Shown one piece after another: positions 1-9,947 of a stretch of DNA of 55,448 bases. A program made the translations under genes and the position numbers. Origin of the DNA: Candidatus Actinomarina sp. (lineage in GTDB: Bacteria > Actinomycetota > Acidimicrobiia > Actinomarinales > Actinomarinaceae); NCBI GenBank assembly GCA_045563315.1, contig JBJKUD010000001.1:1-55448 (forward strand). The letters are read 5' to 3'. The notes beneath the pieces were generated by a model. That model was not told the DNA's origin. It did not search any database and saw only the letters and a program-made list of their open reading frames with translations. The first letter of the stretch is position 1; every line of letters starts with the position of its first letter.

Positions 1-502
1 CAAGGTAAGATCCTTCGGCATGCTTGAATAACATTCCTCTAACGTTACTTGGCTCTGCAACACCGTCAGTGATTGCAAAGTTAATATCTGGATAATTAGG
101 TGCTACTTCATTCATTGCTCCGTCAAAAAGGAAACCATTACCAACTATCAAATCGTTTCCAGCTTCTGCGCAAAGTTCTAGAAGTTCGCCTCTATTTTCT
201 CCACCACCGTCAGGCTCTAGGAAAGTACCAACCATTCCAAAGTCTTCAATAGCTTTTTGATATCCTGAATATGCTAAATCGTTAAATGATAGATCTCCAA
301 GACCACCAATGTCTAATACAAGACAAATGCTTGGGGGGTCAGCTACTGGTTCAGCTGCTGCCGCAGTTGTTGCAGGTGAATCTAGCTCTTCTGCTGGTTC
401 CTCTGCTACAACCTCTTCTACAGCTGCATCATCACTTCCGCCTCCACAAGCAGTTAATATGAGGCCAAGTACCATAAAAAGTACTAGCCATTTTGACTTC
501 AT
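1..502 (-). CDS. BMP/PnrA-family ABC transporter substrate-binding lipoprotein (C-terminally truncated by window edge)
   Basis: Absent from the ORF track because it runs off the 5' edge. Reverse-strand translation from the ATG at 502 gives MKSKWLVLFMVLGLILTACGGGSDDAA, a signal peptide with lipobox L-T-A-C. It continues ...CLVLDIGGLGDLSFNDLAYSGYQKAIEDFG...GNGFLFDGAM..., which is typical of basic membrane lipoprotein (BMP) family binding proteins. An alternative in-frame GTG at 511 lies 5 nt after AAGGAG (522-517) and may be the true start. Confidence 0.8.
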   Translation of the reverse strand, partial: MKSKWLVLFMVLGLILTACGGGSDDAAVEEVVAEEPAEELDSPATTAAAAEPVADPPSICLVLDIGGLGDLSFNDLAYSGYQKAIEDFGMVGTFLEPDGGGENRGELLELCAEAGNDLIVGNGFLFDGAMNEVAPNYPDINFAITDGVAEPSNVRGMLFKHAEGSYL

Positions 503-641
503 TCGAGTCACGTTTACTCCTTGTCCAACTAGTTGTAGGTATTACAAATACCTTTAAATCCCTGTTGAAATTTATAGTAGCAATTTTTAATATATTATCT
601 TTTGATATACGTTAATTTTTTATTACGAGTTGACAGTTTTT

Positions 642-3122
642 TTAAGAGTCAGAATCGGCAAAGTCTACTTCGGGCTCGTTAGGAGCTTCGACCGATTCAA
701 AATCTAACTTACCTTCTTTTTCATTCAAAGAGACAACTATGGTAGATCCAGCCTTGTATTTACCTCGTAAAAGTTCTTCAGATAGTGGATCTTCTAATAA
801 TCTTTGAATTGACCTTCTAAGTGGCCTTGCTCCAAATTCTTTGTTGTATCCTTCAGTTGCCAAATATTGTTTTGCTTCATCAGATAAAACAATTTCTAAG
901 TCAGAATTTTTTAATTGTTTATGAACCCTATCAAGCATCAAGTCAACTATTTCTTTTACTTCATCAAGAGTTAATTCGTGGAATACAATAGTTTCATCGA
1001 TTCGATTTAGAAACTCTGGTTTAAAATATCTTTTTAGTTCTTCATTAACTTTTGCTTTCATTTTTTCATATGAACCTGTGTCAGATAAATTACTAAATCC
1101 AATATTTTTAGAAAGATCTTTTGTTCCTAGGTTGCTAGTCATAATTATTACCGTATTTTTAAAATCTACGGTTCTACCTTGTGCATCTGTTAATCTTCCA
1201 TCTTCTAAAATTTGTAATAATGTATTGAAAACATCGGGATGAGCTTTTTCAACTTCATCAAGTAAAACAACACTAAATGGTTTTCGCCTTACAGCTTCTG
1301 TTAATTGACCACCCTCATCATAACCAACATATCCTGGAGGAGAACCAATCAATCTACTGACTGTATGTTTTTCCATATACTCAGACATATCAATCTGAAT
1401 TAATGAATCTTCATCACCAAACAAAAACTCGGCCAGAGATTTTGCTGTCTCTGTTTTTCCAACTCCTGATGGTCCTAAAAATATAAATGATCCCGATGGT
1501 CTTTTAGGATCTTTTAATCCAGATCGAGTTCTTCTTATTGCTTTTGAGACAGCAGTTATAGCTTCATGTTGACCAACAATTCTTTTATGAAGTTCATTTT
1601 CCATTTCAAGTAATCGCGCCGTTTCTTCTTGAGTTAATCTATGTACCGGAATACCAGTCCATTGGGCTAATACTTCTGCAATTTCTTCTTCATCTATAAC
1701 TAACTCGATATCTGACGAGCTAGAACCTTCTATAGAGTCAATTTCATCAAGCAATATCTTTTCTTGGTCTCTAATTTGACCTGCTTTTTCAAACAATTGT
1801 GATTGAACGGCGTCTATTTTTTGTTCCCTTAAATTCTTTAATTTATCAGAAATTTCTTGTTTTTCAGCATCTAAAGGCTTTTTATAAACCCTCATTCGAC
1901 TTCCAGCTTCATCAATTAGGTCGATTGCTTTATCAGGAAGAAATCTATCTGAAATGTATCTATCTGCCATGTTTACAGCGGAAGCAATGGCTTGATCTGT
2001 AAACCTAACACCGTGATGAATTTCATATCTATCTTTTAAGCCATCAAGTATTTCAATAGCATCTGATAAATTTGGTTCATCAACTTTTACAGATTGAAAC
2101 CTTCTTTCAAGAGCAGCATCTTTTTCAAAGTGTTTTCTAAATTCTTCAAGAGTCGTGGCACCAACTGTTTGTAATTCTCCACGCGCAAGCATTGGTTTTA
2201 ATATTGATGCAGCATCAATTGCTCCCTCCGCTGCTCCTGCTCCTACTAAAGTGTGAATTTCATCGATGAAAAGAACTATGTCACCTCTTGTTTTTATTTC
2301 TTTCAAAACTTTTTTAAGTCGCTCTTCAAAATCTCCGCGATATCTAGATCCTGCAACAAGTGCTGAGAGGTCTAACGTGTAAATCTGTTTTCCTTGAAGT
2401 GTTGATGGAACATCCCCAGAAATTATCTTTTGAGCTAAACCTTCTACAATCGCTGTTTTGCCAACTCCTGGTTCGCCAATGAGTACAGGATTATTTTTTG
2501 TTCTTCTTGATAGAATTTGCATTACTCTTTCAATTTCTGTTGATCTTCCAATAACCGGGTCAAGCTTTCCTTCTTTTGCCATCCTTGTAAGATTTCTTCC
2601 AAATTGGTCAAGTATTGCTGAGCCTGTACCAGATCCTGGTCTTTCTCTTCCTCCAGTTGATGCTGCTTGAGCTTTTTTACCTTCACCAGAATTAGAAATG
2701 AGCTTAATAACTGTTTGTCGAACCTGTGATAATTCAGCTCCTAGTTTTTTTAGAACTTGTGCAGCAACACCTTCTCCTTCACGTATCAAACCTAAGAGAA
2801 TATGTTCAGTCCCGATGTAGTTGTGACCTAGTTGAAGTGCTTCTCTTAAAGAAAGTTCTAAAACTTTTTTTGCTCTTGGTGTAAATGGAATATGTCCACT
2901 AGGAGATTGTTGGCCTTCACCAATTATTTCTACCACTTCGGATCTAACACTATCAATGTTAATATTTAATTCTTCAATAGCTTTAGCTGCGTGGCCTTCC
3001 CCTTCTTGAATAAGGCCAAGCAAGATGTGCTCAGTACCAATGTAATTATGATTTAACCGTCTTGCTTCTTCTTGGGCTAGAACAACAACTCTTCTGGCTC
3101 TATCTGTAAATCTTTCAAACAT
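642..3122 (-). CDS. clpC: ATP-dependent Clp protease ATP-binding subunit ClpC
   Basis: 826 aa. Duplicated Clp_N repeat ([15 protein letters not shown] appears twice), two AAA+ modules with Walker A motifs GEPGVGKT and GPSGVGKT, and a C-terminal ClpB_D2-small region. Confidence 0.95.
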   Translation of the reverse strand: MFERFTDRARRVVVLAQEEARRLNHNYIGTEHILLGLIQEGEGHAAKAIEELNINIDSVRSEVVEIIGEGQQSPSGHIPFTPRAKKVLELSLREALQLGHNYIGTEHILLGLIREGEGVAAQVLKKLGAELSQVRQTVIKLISNSGEGKKAQAASTGGRERPGSGTGSAILDQFGRNLTRMAKEGKLDPVIGRSTEIERVMQILSRRTKNNPVLIGEPGVGKTAIVEGLAQKIISGDVPSTLQGKQIYTLDLSALVAGSRYRGDFEERLKKVLKEIKTRGDIVLFIDEIHTLVGAGAAEGAIDAASILKPMLARGELQTVGATTLEEFRKHFEKDAALERRFQSVKVDEPNLSDAIEILDGLKDRYEIHHGVRFTDQAIASAVNMADRYISDRFLPDKAIDLIDEAGSRMRVYKKPLDAEKQEISDKLKNLREQKIDAVQSQLFEKAGQIRDQEKILLDEIDSIEGSSSSDIELVIDEEEIAEVLAQWTGIPVHRLTQEETARLLEMENELHKRIVGQHEAITAVSKAIRRTRSGLKDPKRPSGSFIFLGPSGVGKTETAKSLAEFLFGDEDSLIQIDMSEYMEKHTVSRLIGSPPGYVGYDEGGQLTEAVRRKPFSVVLLDEVEKAHPDVFNTLLQILEDGRLTDAQGRTVDFKNTVIIMTSNLGTKDLSKNIGFSNLSDTGSYEKMKAKVNEELKRYFKPEFLNRIDETIVFHELTLDEVKEIVDLMLDRVHKQLKNSDLEIVLSDEAKQYLATEGYNKEFGARPLRRSIQRLLEDPLSEELLRGKYKAGSTIVVSLNEKEGKLDFESVEAPNEPEVDFADSDS

Positions 3123-3201
3123 ATTCTTATATTAATAAAGATCTGTTTATACATCTAAATGAAAATTACAACTATTTGTAAAATCATCTTATTCTTTAAT
3201 T

Positions 3202-4179
3202 ATGGAATCAAAAGAACTTGAAAACATCATTCCCATACCAAGAATATGGGAAAATTTAAAAGAACTTGAAAACAGATTGATACAAGTTAGTAGTTCTTCT
3301 GACAAATATCTCACTGAGATTTCACAATATTTGATATCAGCTGGAGGGAAAAGATTTAGACCATTGATTGCCTTGCTCGCCGGAGAATTGGGCGACGGGA
3401 ATAAAGAAAAAGTTATTGATGCTGGTGTTTCCGTAGAATTAATACATTTAGGTAGTTTGTATCACGATGATGTAATTGATGATGCAACAAGTAGAAGAGG
3501 CGTAGAAAGTACAAATAAAAAGTGGAGCTCTACTTTATCTATTTTGGCTGGTGACTATCTATTGGCAAGGTCCTCAGAATTAGCAGCCGAATCACTCGGT
3601 CTCGAGTCTGTAAAACTACTTGCTTCTACATATGCCCAACTTGTAGAAGGGCAAACAAAAGAGGTTCAATTTTCATATGATACAAATCATGGTACTGATG
3701 ATTATTTAAAAATTATTGAAGGAAAAACTGCAAGTTTAATTAAAACAAGTGCAAAATTAGGTGCGATGGCTTCTGGATGTAATGAGGAGACAATAGATTC
3801 AATTAGTAAATGGGCTTGGCATAGTGGAATTATTTTCCAAATTACTGATGATATTTTGGATTTGATTTCAGATGAAGAAACACTTGGTAAGCCTTCAGGC
3901 AATGACATAATTGAAGGAACCTATACCTTGCCTATTTTGATAGCACTAGAAAAATATCCAGAAAAAATAAAGACAATACTTTCAGACGTTCATGAAAATA
4001 AAATTGGAGTTGATGAAATTATTAGTGAATTTAATAATGATGAAATAATCTCTGAATCAAAATTATTTTTAAGAACACATTTAGAAAAAAGTGAGAGCTT
4101 TGCGATAAAAATTGACAATAAAGAAGTTAGAAATATTCTCCTAGATGTAAATAAGTATCTAGTAGAAAGAAGTAATTAA
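3202..4179 (+). CDS. Polyprenyl diphosphate synthase (trans-isoprenyl diphosphate synthase family)
   Basis: 325 aa. First Asp-rich motif LYHDDVIDD and second Asp-rich motif ITDDILD, plus GKRFRP near the N-terminus. Product chain length cannot be determined from sequence. Confidence 0.85.
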   Translation: MESKELENIIPIPRIWENLKELENRLIQVSSSSDKYLTEISQYLISAGGKRFRPLIALLAGELGDGNKEKVIDAGVSVELIHLGSLYHDDVIDDATSRRGVESTNKKWSSTLSILAGDYLLARSSELAAESLGLESVKLLASTYAQLVEGQTKEVQFSYDTNHGTDDYLKIIEGKTASLIKTSAKLGAMASGCNEETIDSISKWAWHSGIIFQITDDILDLISDEETLGKPSGNDIIEGTYTLPILIALEKYPEKIKTILSDVHENKIGVDEIISEFNNDEIISESKLFLRTHLEKSESFAIKIDNKEVRNILLDVNKYLVERSN

Positions 4180-5660
4180 TTTTCGGGTTTTAGGTGGGTA
4201 AAAGTAATTACTTCCCTTATTGATGGTTTTCCTACAAGAATCATAATAAATCTATCTATTCCAAAACCTAAACCTCCAGTTGGAGGAAGGCCATACTGTA
4301 AAGCCTCAACATAGTCTTCATCTTCTACATGAGCCTCTTCATCTCCAGCACTTTTCTTAATAGCTTGTTCTTTAAGTCTCAAAGATTGTTCTTCGGAATC
4401 AATTAATTCAGAAAATCCATTGGCTAGCTCGCTTCCAAAAGCAAATAACTCGAATCTATCGGTTACACCTTTTTGATCTTTTTTCTCTCTAGCAAAGGGT
4501 GAGACTTCAACTGGATAATCAGTTACAAAAGTCGGGTCTTTAATATCTTTTTCTATAAAATTCTCAAATAATTCAAATACTAGAATGCCTAGTGTCTTTG
4601 CTTCAAAGTTGATATTTTGCTGATTTAATTTAGAACTTATATCTTTGAATTCTGAATCAAACTTTATCTCAATTCCTAATTTTTCGGATACTAAATCAAA
4701 CATGCTTACTCTTTTCCATGGTCTGGAAAAGGATGCTTGTTCTCCATTAAATTCTATTTCTTTACTAATTTCTAAATTATCAAAAACATATTCACACATA
4801 TTTTCGACCATATCCATCACAATGTTCATATCTGCATAAGCCTGATAGCTTTCTAACATTGTGAATTCAGGTTGATGAGTTTGGTCAATTCCTTCATTTC
4901 TAAATATTTTTCCAATTTCAAAAACTTTTTCAAATCCTCCAATAACTAGTCTTTTTAAGTACAACTCCGGAGCAATTCTTAAGTACATATCCAGATTAAG
5001 TGCATTATGGTGAGTCTGAAAAGGCTTTGCTATAGCCCCTCCAGCTTTTGATTGGAGGATTGGAGTCTCCACCTCAATGAATTCAATTGAATGAAGATAT
5101 TCTCTAAATAACTTCACCACATCTGACCTAATTTCAAGAATTTTTTTTGATTCTGGATTTACTATTAAGTCTAAATATCTTTGTCGGAATCTAGTTTCTT
5201 TATCTTTTAATCCATGCCATTTTTCTGGGAATGTTCTTAAGCTTTTTGACAAAATCGTGGTTTGGTTTACTTTGATTGATAGTTCGCCTTTTTTTGTTTT
5301 AATGATCTCTCCATTAATTGCAATGATGTCACCAATATCAAAATGCTCAAAAAGTTTCAAATAGAGCTCATCAATTTCTCCTGAATTTATCAAAAGTTGA
5401 ATTTTGCCAGAATGATCTAATAAGTCATAAAATAATAATTTACCAAATGACCGAGAGTTTAATATTCTACCTCTAATAGACACGTTAACACCAGTGTGCT
5501 CACCATCTTTAATTTCAGAATGTTGGGTTATTACATCTGCTATTTTTACAGATTCATTGAACCTAGTAGGAAAAGAATCAGGCGTTAACTCATTCAAAAA
5601 GCTAATTTTTTGCTTTCTGAAATCGTAAATTTCTTTTTCTGATTTTGAAAAATTATCCAT
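4176..5660 (-). CDS. lysS: Lysyl-tRNA synthetase, class II
   Basis: 494 aa. N-terminal OB anticodon-binding domain followed by a class II core (FRNEGID..HQPEFTMLE, GLPPTGGLGFGIDRFIM). Confidence 0.95.
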   Translation of the reverse strand: MDNFSKSEKEIYDFRKQKISFLNELTPDSFPTRFNESVKIADVITQHSEIKDGEHTGVNVSIRGRILNSRSFGKLLFYDLLDHSGKIQLLINSGEIDELYLKLFEHFDIGDIIAINGEIIKTKKGELSIKVNQTTILSKSLRTFPEKWHGLKDKETRFRQRYLDLIVNPESKKILEIRSDVVKLFREYLHSIEFIEVETPILQSKAGGAIAKPFQTHHNALNLDMYLRIAPELYLKRLVIGGFEKVFEIGKIFRNEGIDQTHQPEFTMLESYQAYADMNIVMDMVENMCEYVFDNLEISKEIEFNGEQASFSRPWKRVSMFDLVSEKLGIEIKFDSEFKDISSKLNQQNINFEAKTLGILVFELFENFIEKDIKDPTFVTDYPVEVSPFAREKKDQKGVTDRFELFAFGSELANGFSELIDSEEQSLRLKEQAIKKSAGDEEAHVEDEDYVEALQYGLPPTGGLGFGIDRFIMILVGKPSIREVITFTHLKPEN

Positions 5661-5670
5661 TTAGTACAGC

Positions 5671-6438
5671 CTAATTATTCAAAAAATATATTTCTTCAAG
5701 TCCATTTAATGTTAAATCTTTTGAATATTCTGCATCAACATTCAGAATAGGTTGGATAATGTCTCCTAATCCCCCAGTAATAATAATTTTTGGGTTTATA
5801 GCAATTTCTAATATAATTTTTTCTAACATTGAGTCGATCATTGATGCGTGTCCAAAAATAAGCCCACTTTGTACAGCTTCATAAGTATTTTTTCCTACAA
5901 CTGATTTTGGGTTCAACAATTCAACTGATTTAAGTGAGGAAGTCTTTGAAGTAAGTGCTTCTAAAGATATTTTTATTCCTGGTGCAATTGATCCACCTAG
6001 ATATTCTTTATTATCATTGACCACATCAAAAGTTGTTGCCGTTCCCAAATCAACAATGATCACTGACTTTTCAGCATTTTTATAGCCACCAACAGAATTT
6101 GCAATCCTGTCAGGCCCTAACTCTTTTGGGTTATCAATATTTACTTTAAGCCCAGTTTTTATTCCTGGTCCGACAATATGTACTGATTTAGATGTAAATC
6201 TCTTTGTTGCTTCAGCAACGCTATCAGTAATTTGAGGGACAACGGAACAAATTATAGACCCATCTAAATTTTCACTATTTATGCTGTCAGGATCAATAGT
6301 CGTTTTAAACATCATTAACAATTCGTCAGATGTTATTGTTTTCCTTGTTGTATATCTATAACTTTTCCATGTTGAGTTATTTCCTACGCCAACAGTTGTT
6401 TCACTATTTCCAACATCGATAGCAATAATATTTTTCAT
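5671..6438 (-). CDS. coaX: Type III pantothenate kinase
   Basis: 255 aa. N-terminal IAIDVGNSETTVG phosphate-1 motif of the ASKHA fold and IVDLGTATTFD. Overlaps panC by 4 nt. Confidence 0.9.
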   Translation of the reverse strand: MKNIIAIDVGNSETTVGVGNNSTWKSYRYTTRKTITSDELLMMFKTTIDPDSINSENLDGSIICSVVPQITDSVAEATKRFTSKSVHIVGPGIKTGLKVNIDNPKELGPDRIANSVGGYKNAEKSVIIVDLGTATTFDVVNDNKEYLGGSIAPGIKISLEALTSKTSSLKSVELLNPKSVVGKNTYEAVQSGLIFGHASMIDSMLEKIILEIAINPKIIITGGLGDIIQPILNVDAEYSKDLTLNGLEEIYFLNN

Positions 6439-7259
6439 TTTATTTCCTCGTATTTAAATTGAATGTTATCAATTAACCTTACTCCATCAATTAAAACTGC
6501 AATGATAACAACTAAATCTGAGGAACTTTCGTTGGGTGGTAAAAATGTATTCATATCTAAGATTTCTAAGTAGTCTAAGTGAATATTTTCTGAAACTAAT
6601 AAAGATTTGCCTTTATTGATAATTTCAATTAAATTTTTTGAATTATTCAGTTCATTTTGTATTAAAGCTAAAGCTTTATAAATATTTTCAGCTTTTATTA
6701 AACCTTCCTGAGACAAGAGTTTATTTCTACTACTTAAAGCTAACCCTGTTTTAGTTCTTTTAGTATTCTCTTCAATAAGATTAATTTTGTATTCTTTATC
6801 CAAAATTAGCTTTTTAATTAAAAACAGCTGTTGTATGTCTTTTGATCCAAAAATTGCTGTATGTGGGTTTATCAATTGAAAAAGCCGATTTACAACAGTA
6901 AGTACCCCATCAAAATGTCCCGGTCTTGATAAGCCTTCATATTTTTTTCCAATTTCTCCGGCATATAAATTCTCAAATCCAGATTTTGGGTAAATTACAT
7001 CTTCATCGGGTAGGAAAAGAAAATCAACGTCCAGATTTTCAAGGATCTTTTTGTCATTCTCTATGTCTCTTGGGTAATTTAAAAAATCTTTCTCATCATT
7101 AAATTGAAGTTTATTTATAAATATTGAAACAACGGTTTTCAATCCAGTTTTTTTTGCTTTACGAATTAATGAAATATGTCCATCATGTAAGGCCCCCATT
7201 GTTGGGACCAAACATGTGTCATTATTTTTTAATAAATTATTAGTATCTAAAATTTTCAT
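6435..7259 (-). CDS. panC: Pantoate--beta-alanine ligase
   Basis: 274 aa. VPTMGALHDGHISLI (HIGH-like motif) and FGSKDIQQ motifs of pantothenate synthetase. Confidence 0.93.
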   Translation of the reverse strand: MKILDTNNLLKNNDTCLVPTMGALHDGHISLIRKAKKTGLKTVVSIFINKLQFNDEKDFLNYPRDIENDKKILENLDVDFLFLPDEDVIYPKSGFENLYAGEIGKKYEGLSRPGHFDGVLTVVNRLFQLINPHTAIFGSKDIQQLFLIKKLILDKEYKINLIEENTKRTKTGLALSSRNKLLSQEGLIKAENIYKALALIQNELNNSKNLIEIINKGKSLLVSENIHLDYLEILDMNTFLPPNESSSDLVVIIAVLIDGVRLIDNIQFKYEEIK

Positions 7260-7288
7260 TCTTATCGTGCCCTTTAAGGTGCCCGTAA

Positions 7289-7762
7289 TTAATTAATATT
7301 TATATTACCAACTTTGTTTATTTTTTGAATATCTAATTTATAGTCTTTAGAAATAAATTCATTAAATAACTCCGATAGGGGAAGTATGACGAAATTTCGA
7401 TTTTTCCAATCATAATGTGGGATAGTCAAGTTTTCTGTTTCAATAACTTCATTATTAAAAAAAATAATATCTATATCAATTACTCTTGGCCCAAATCTAA
7501 AAATTTCTTTTCTGCCCAATTTTTTCTCAATATCTTTTGTTTTCTCTAAAAGTTTGATTGATGAATTTTCAAACTCTATTTCTAAAATTATATTTAGAAA
7601 CTTATCTTGATCATCATATAAAATCGGATCGGATTCATAAACAGATGAAATTTTTATGAGATTTGCTATTTTCGATATTTCATTAACGGCATTTTCTAAA
7701 TGTAGTTTTCTATCACCTATATTCGAACCAAGAGATAATATAATCTTATTAAAATTTTTCAC
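7289..7762 (-). CDS. folK: 2-amino-4-hydroxy-6-hydroxymethyldihydropteridine pyrophosphokinase (HPPK)
   Basis: 157 aa. Motifs LGSNIGDR, GPRVIDIDIIFF and LTIPHYDWKNRNFVILPL. Overlaps folB by 14 nt. Confidence 0.9.
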   Translation of the reverse strand: MKNFNKIILSLGSNIGDRKLHLENAVNEISKIANLIKISSVYESDPILYDDQDKFLNIILEIEFENSSIKLLEKTKDIEKKLGRKEIFRFGPRVIDIDIIFFNNEVIETENLTIPHYDWKNRNFVILPLSELFNEFISKDYKLDIQKINKVGNININ

Positions 7763-8120
7763 TTACCGTCACGCTTACATCATTAACAGCATCTTGTAGA
7801 GGAGAGTTTGGTTTATGGACTGATATTGTCATAGATGAAATTTTCTGATGGTTTCTAAAAGAATTCAAAATTGTGTATGCCAAGGTTTCTAACAAATCGA
7901 ATGAGTTATTTTTACAAATTGCAATTACTTCATTGACAAGATTCTCATAATTTAAAGTTCTATCAAGACTATCTAGTTCATAGTTGCTTAAATTAACATA
8001 TTGTTCTTTAAGTTCAACATTTAAGTCGATTAAAAATTTTTGCGTATTATTTTTTTCTTCTTCGTAAACCCCATGTTTTGCAAAAACAGCTATCCCATCA
8101 ATATTGATAGTCAGTGGCAT
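7749..8120 (-). CDS. folB: Dihydroneopterin aldolase
   Basis: 123 aa. The pattern GIAVFAKHGVYEEEKNNTQKFLIDLNV resembles the FolB signature. Sits between folK and folP in a fol operon. Confidence 0.85.
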   Translation of the reverse strand: MPLTINIDGIAVFAKHGVYEEEKNNTQKFLIDLNVELKEQYVNLSNYELDSLDRTLNYENLVNEVIAICKNNSFDLLETLAYTILNSFRNHQKISSMTISVHKPNSPLQDAVNDVSVTVSEKF

Positions 8121-8121
8121 A

Positions 8122-8592
8122 TTAAGAAGTCGGTATTAAGGCGATTGCTTTTGGAGATAAAGGTTTTCCAAGAATCCTCTCAAGAATTGTTCGAGAAAAT
8201 ATAGGATCATCAAGAAGTTTTGAATAAATTAAGTATCCAGCCAAAATTCCAGGAACTTCCTCGTCTAAATACTCTCTATGGATTAAGAGTTTTCTTTCTT
8301 TATCTGATAAAGCTTCTTTAATTGCTTCGAAAATAAGATCAGTTGACTCAATTCCTACATTTTCACCAAGTGGAAAATGATATGTTCTGAAGCCAACTTC
8401 TTGATAATTTTTTAAATTGAAATCTGAATCAAGTAAAGAAAAAATTGAATTTATGCCTTGACTTTTAAGCCACTGAATTTCTTCTTCACGTCTTATTTTT
8501 CTAGCAGTAAGGCCGCCTCCACCTATACATTCTGATACAGCAAGCTTTCCCTCAATTATCCAAAAAAAATCGTTTGGTTTTAGTCCTGCCAT
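8122..8592 (-). CDS. Hypothetical protein with a dual-specificity-phosphatase-like sequence pattern but no CX5R active-site loop
   Basis: 156 aa, tightly packed in the fol operon with 1 nt between it and folB. Its layout (W..EGKLAVS...L...GINSIFSLL...Y...G..TYHFPL.....LLIH-loop-G.LAGYLIY) resembles DSP/PTP-like domains. The position of the expected HCxxGxxR is occupied by HREYLDEEVPG. The fold assignment comes from pattern recognition only. Confidence 0.55.
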   Translation of the reverse strand: MAGLKPNDFFWIIEGKLAVSECIGGGGLTARKIRREEEIQWLKSQGINSIFSLLDSDFNLKNYQEVGFRTYHFPLGENVGIESTDLIFEAIKEALSDKERKLLIHREYLDEEVPGILAGYLIYSKLLDDPIFSRTILERILGKPLSPKAIALIPTS

Positions 8593-8635
8593 AATTTCCT
8601 TTAATTAGCCTAACATATTACGATACACAAATTAT

Positions 8636-9379
8636 TTAATTATCTATGTGTAATCTCAACATAGAGACGCCCGATTCAAAACAATGCTTTTCCATTTCAG
8701 AACTTGTCATATTTAATAACTCTGTAAATTTTTTTTTAGAATAACCAACAATTACTGGGTAGGTGTCAATTAGTTTTTCTAGCCCTAAAAATAATTCTGC
8801 AGAATCTTGCATTGTTTTTCCAAAACCAAATCCAGGGTCAACTGCAATTTGTTCTTTACTGATACCATTATCAATTAAATTATCAACTTGTATCTGGATT
8901 TGAGAATTTACTTCTTTTACGATATTTTTATAATTCATTTTTTCATGAAGATGCCGAGAATTTGGATCGTTATGCATGACAATAATTCCACTTTTTTCTT
9001 CTTTTGCAATCTTTATCAAGCTATCATCATTAAATCCTGTAATGTCATTTATAATTAAAAAGTTGTTTTTAAGAGCTTCTTTAATAACTAATGGATTAAA
9101 TGAATCGATTGAATAATCAAAATATTCAGAAATGTTTTCCAAAAAAAAACTAAATCTTTTTAATTCTTCATTTTTACCTATTTTTTTAAATTTTGGTTTA
9201 GTTGACATACAACCAATATCCAGCAATTTGAAATTTCTTTTTTGAGCTATCTCAAATTTGCTCAGCAGCTTATCTTGAGAGCCATATATTCCATCACCAG
9301 AAAAAGAGTCTTTTGTGACATTGAGTATCCCTATTTTTTTTGTTTCTAATGAATCTAGATAATTATCCCAGTTGAACAA
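8636..9379 (-). CDS. folP: Dihydropteroate synthase
   Basis: 247 aa. GILNVTKDSFSGDG (pterin-binding domain signature) and VDPGFGFGKT. Confidence 0.9.
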   Translation of the reverse strand: MFNWDNYLDSLETKKIGILNVTKDSFSGDGIYGSQDKLLSKFEIAQKRNFKLLDIGCMSTKPKFKKIGKNEELKRFSFFLENISEYFDYSIDSFNPLVIKEALKNNFLIINDITGFNDDSLIKIAKEEKSGIIVMHNDPNSRHLHEKMNYKNIVKEVNSQIQIQVDNLIDNGISKEQIAVDPGFGFGKTMQDSAELFLGLEKLIDTYPVIVGYSKKKFTELLNMTSSEMEKHCFESGVSMLRLHIDN

Positions 9380-9380
9380 G

Positions 9381-9947
9381 TTAACTCATATTTAAAGCAG
9401 CTTCAGCTCTCAAAGAGGAATCTAGCTCATAAATCCCATTTGCAAATGTTGTAGTTATATCTCCTATTGAGTTTTCAGGGCTTAAAAGATCAGAACATAA
9501 ATGTTTAGCTTTTACCTTAACATATACACCCTGTGGATCTAAATTTTCAAGAATTTCTTCAGCTATTTCCTCAGTGAGTTTCTCCTGAAGTGTCAACTTA
9601 CTTGATAAATTGTTTATTAAATCACTAAATTTTGACACACCTAATATATTTTTCTCTGGTAAAACTGCAATACTTACTTCACCAAAAAATGGAAACATGT
9701 GGTGTTCGCAGAAGCTAATAAAAGGAATTTTGTTTATATAGATGGGATGATTGTGAGCAATACCTTCCAAATGAGAAAAAATTGAATCAATATCTTTTTT
9801 TGGAAAATTAAATTTATTCTCCAGTTGAGTTAAGAACTTTTTTGCAATTAAATCTGTATTTTTATTTGGATCGTTTGATATTTCAGAAATAAAATTCGAT
9901 AAGGCTTCTTCTAAATCCACATTTGTTTTGTTTCTATCTTTACTCAT
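9381..9947 (-). CDS. folE: GTP cyclohydrolase I
   Basis: 188 aa. [11 protein letters not shown] (zinc-site CEHH motif). Overlaps ftsH by 4 nt. Confidence 0.9.
   Translation of the reverse strand: MSKDRNKTNVDLEEALSNFISEISNDPNKNTDLIAKKFLTQLENKFNFPKKDIDSIFSHLEGIAHNHPIYINKIPFISFCEHHMFPFFGEVSIAVLPEKNILGVSKFSDLINNLSSKLTLQEKLTEEIAEEILENLDPQGVYVKVKAKHLCSDLLSPENSIGDITTTFANGIYELDSSLRAEAALNMS

Noticed and set aside
537-553. Hairpin AGGTATT-ACA-AATACCT between the clpC stop and the lipoprotein gene start
   Set aside because: The stem is AT-rich and has no U-tract on the - strand, where clpC transcription would need to end. It cannot be called a terminator.
309-557. 82-aa + strand ORF (Ala/Ser-rich) from the ORF track
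   Set aside because: It lies entirely antisense to the well-supported BMP-family lipoprotein gene (complement 1-502). It has a low-complexity composition and no start context.
3123-3201. clpC upstream region inspected for ClgR (CGC-N5-GCG type) or CtsR (GGTCAAA repeat) operators
   Set aside because: Neither motif is present in the 79-nt AT-rich divergent intergenic region.
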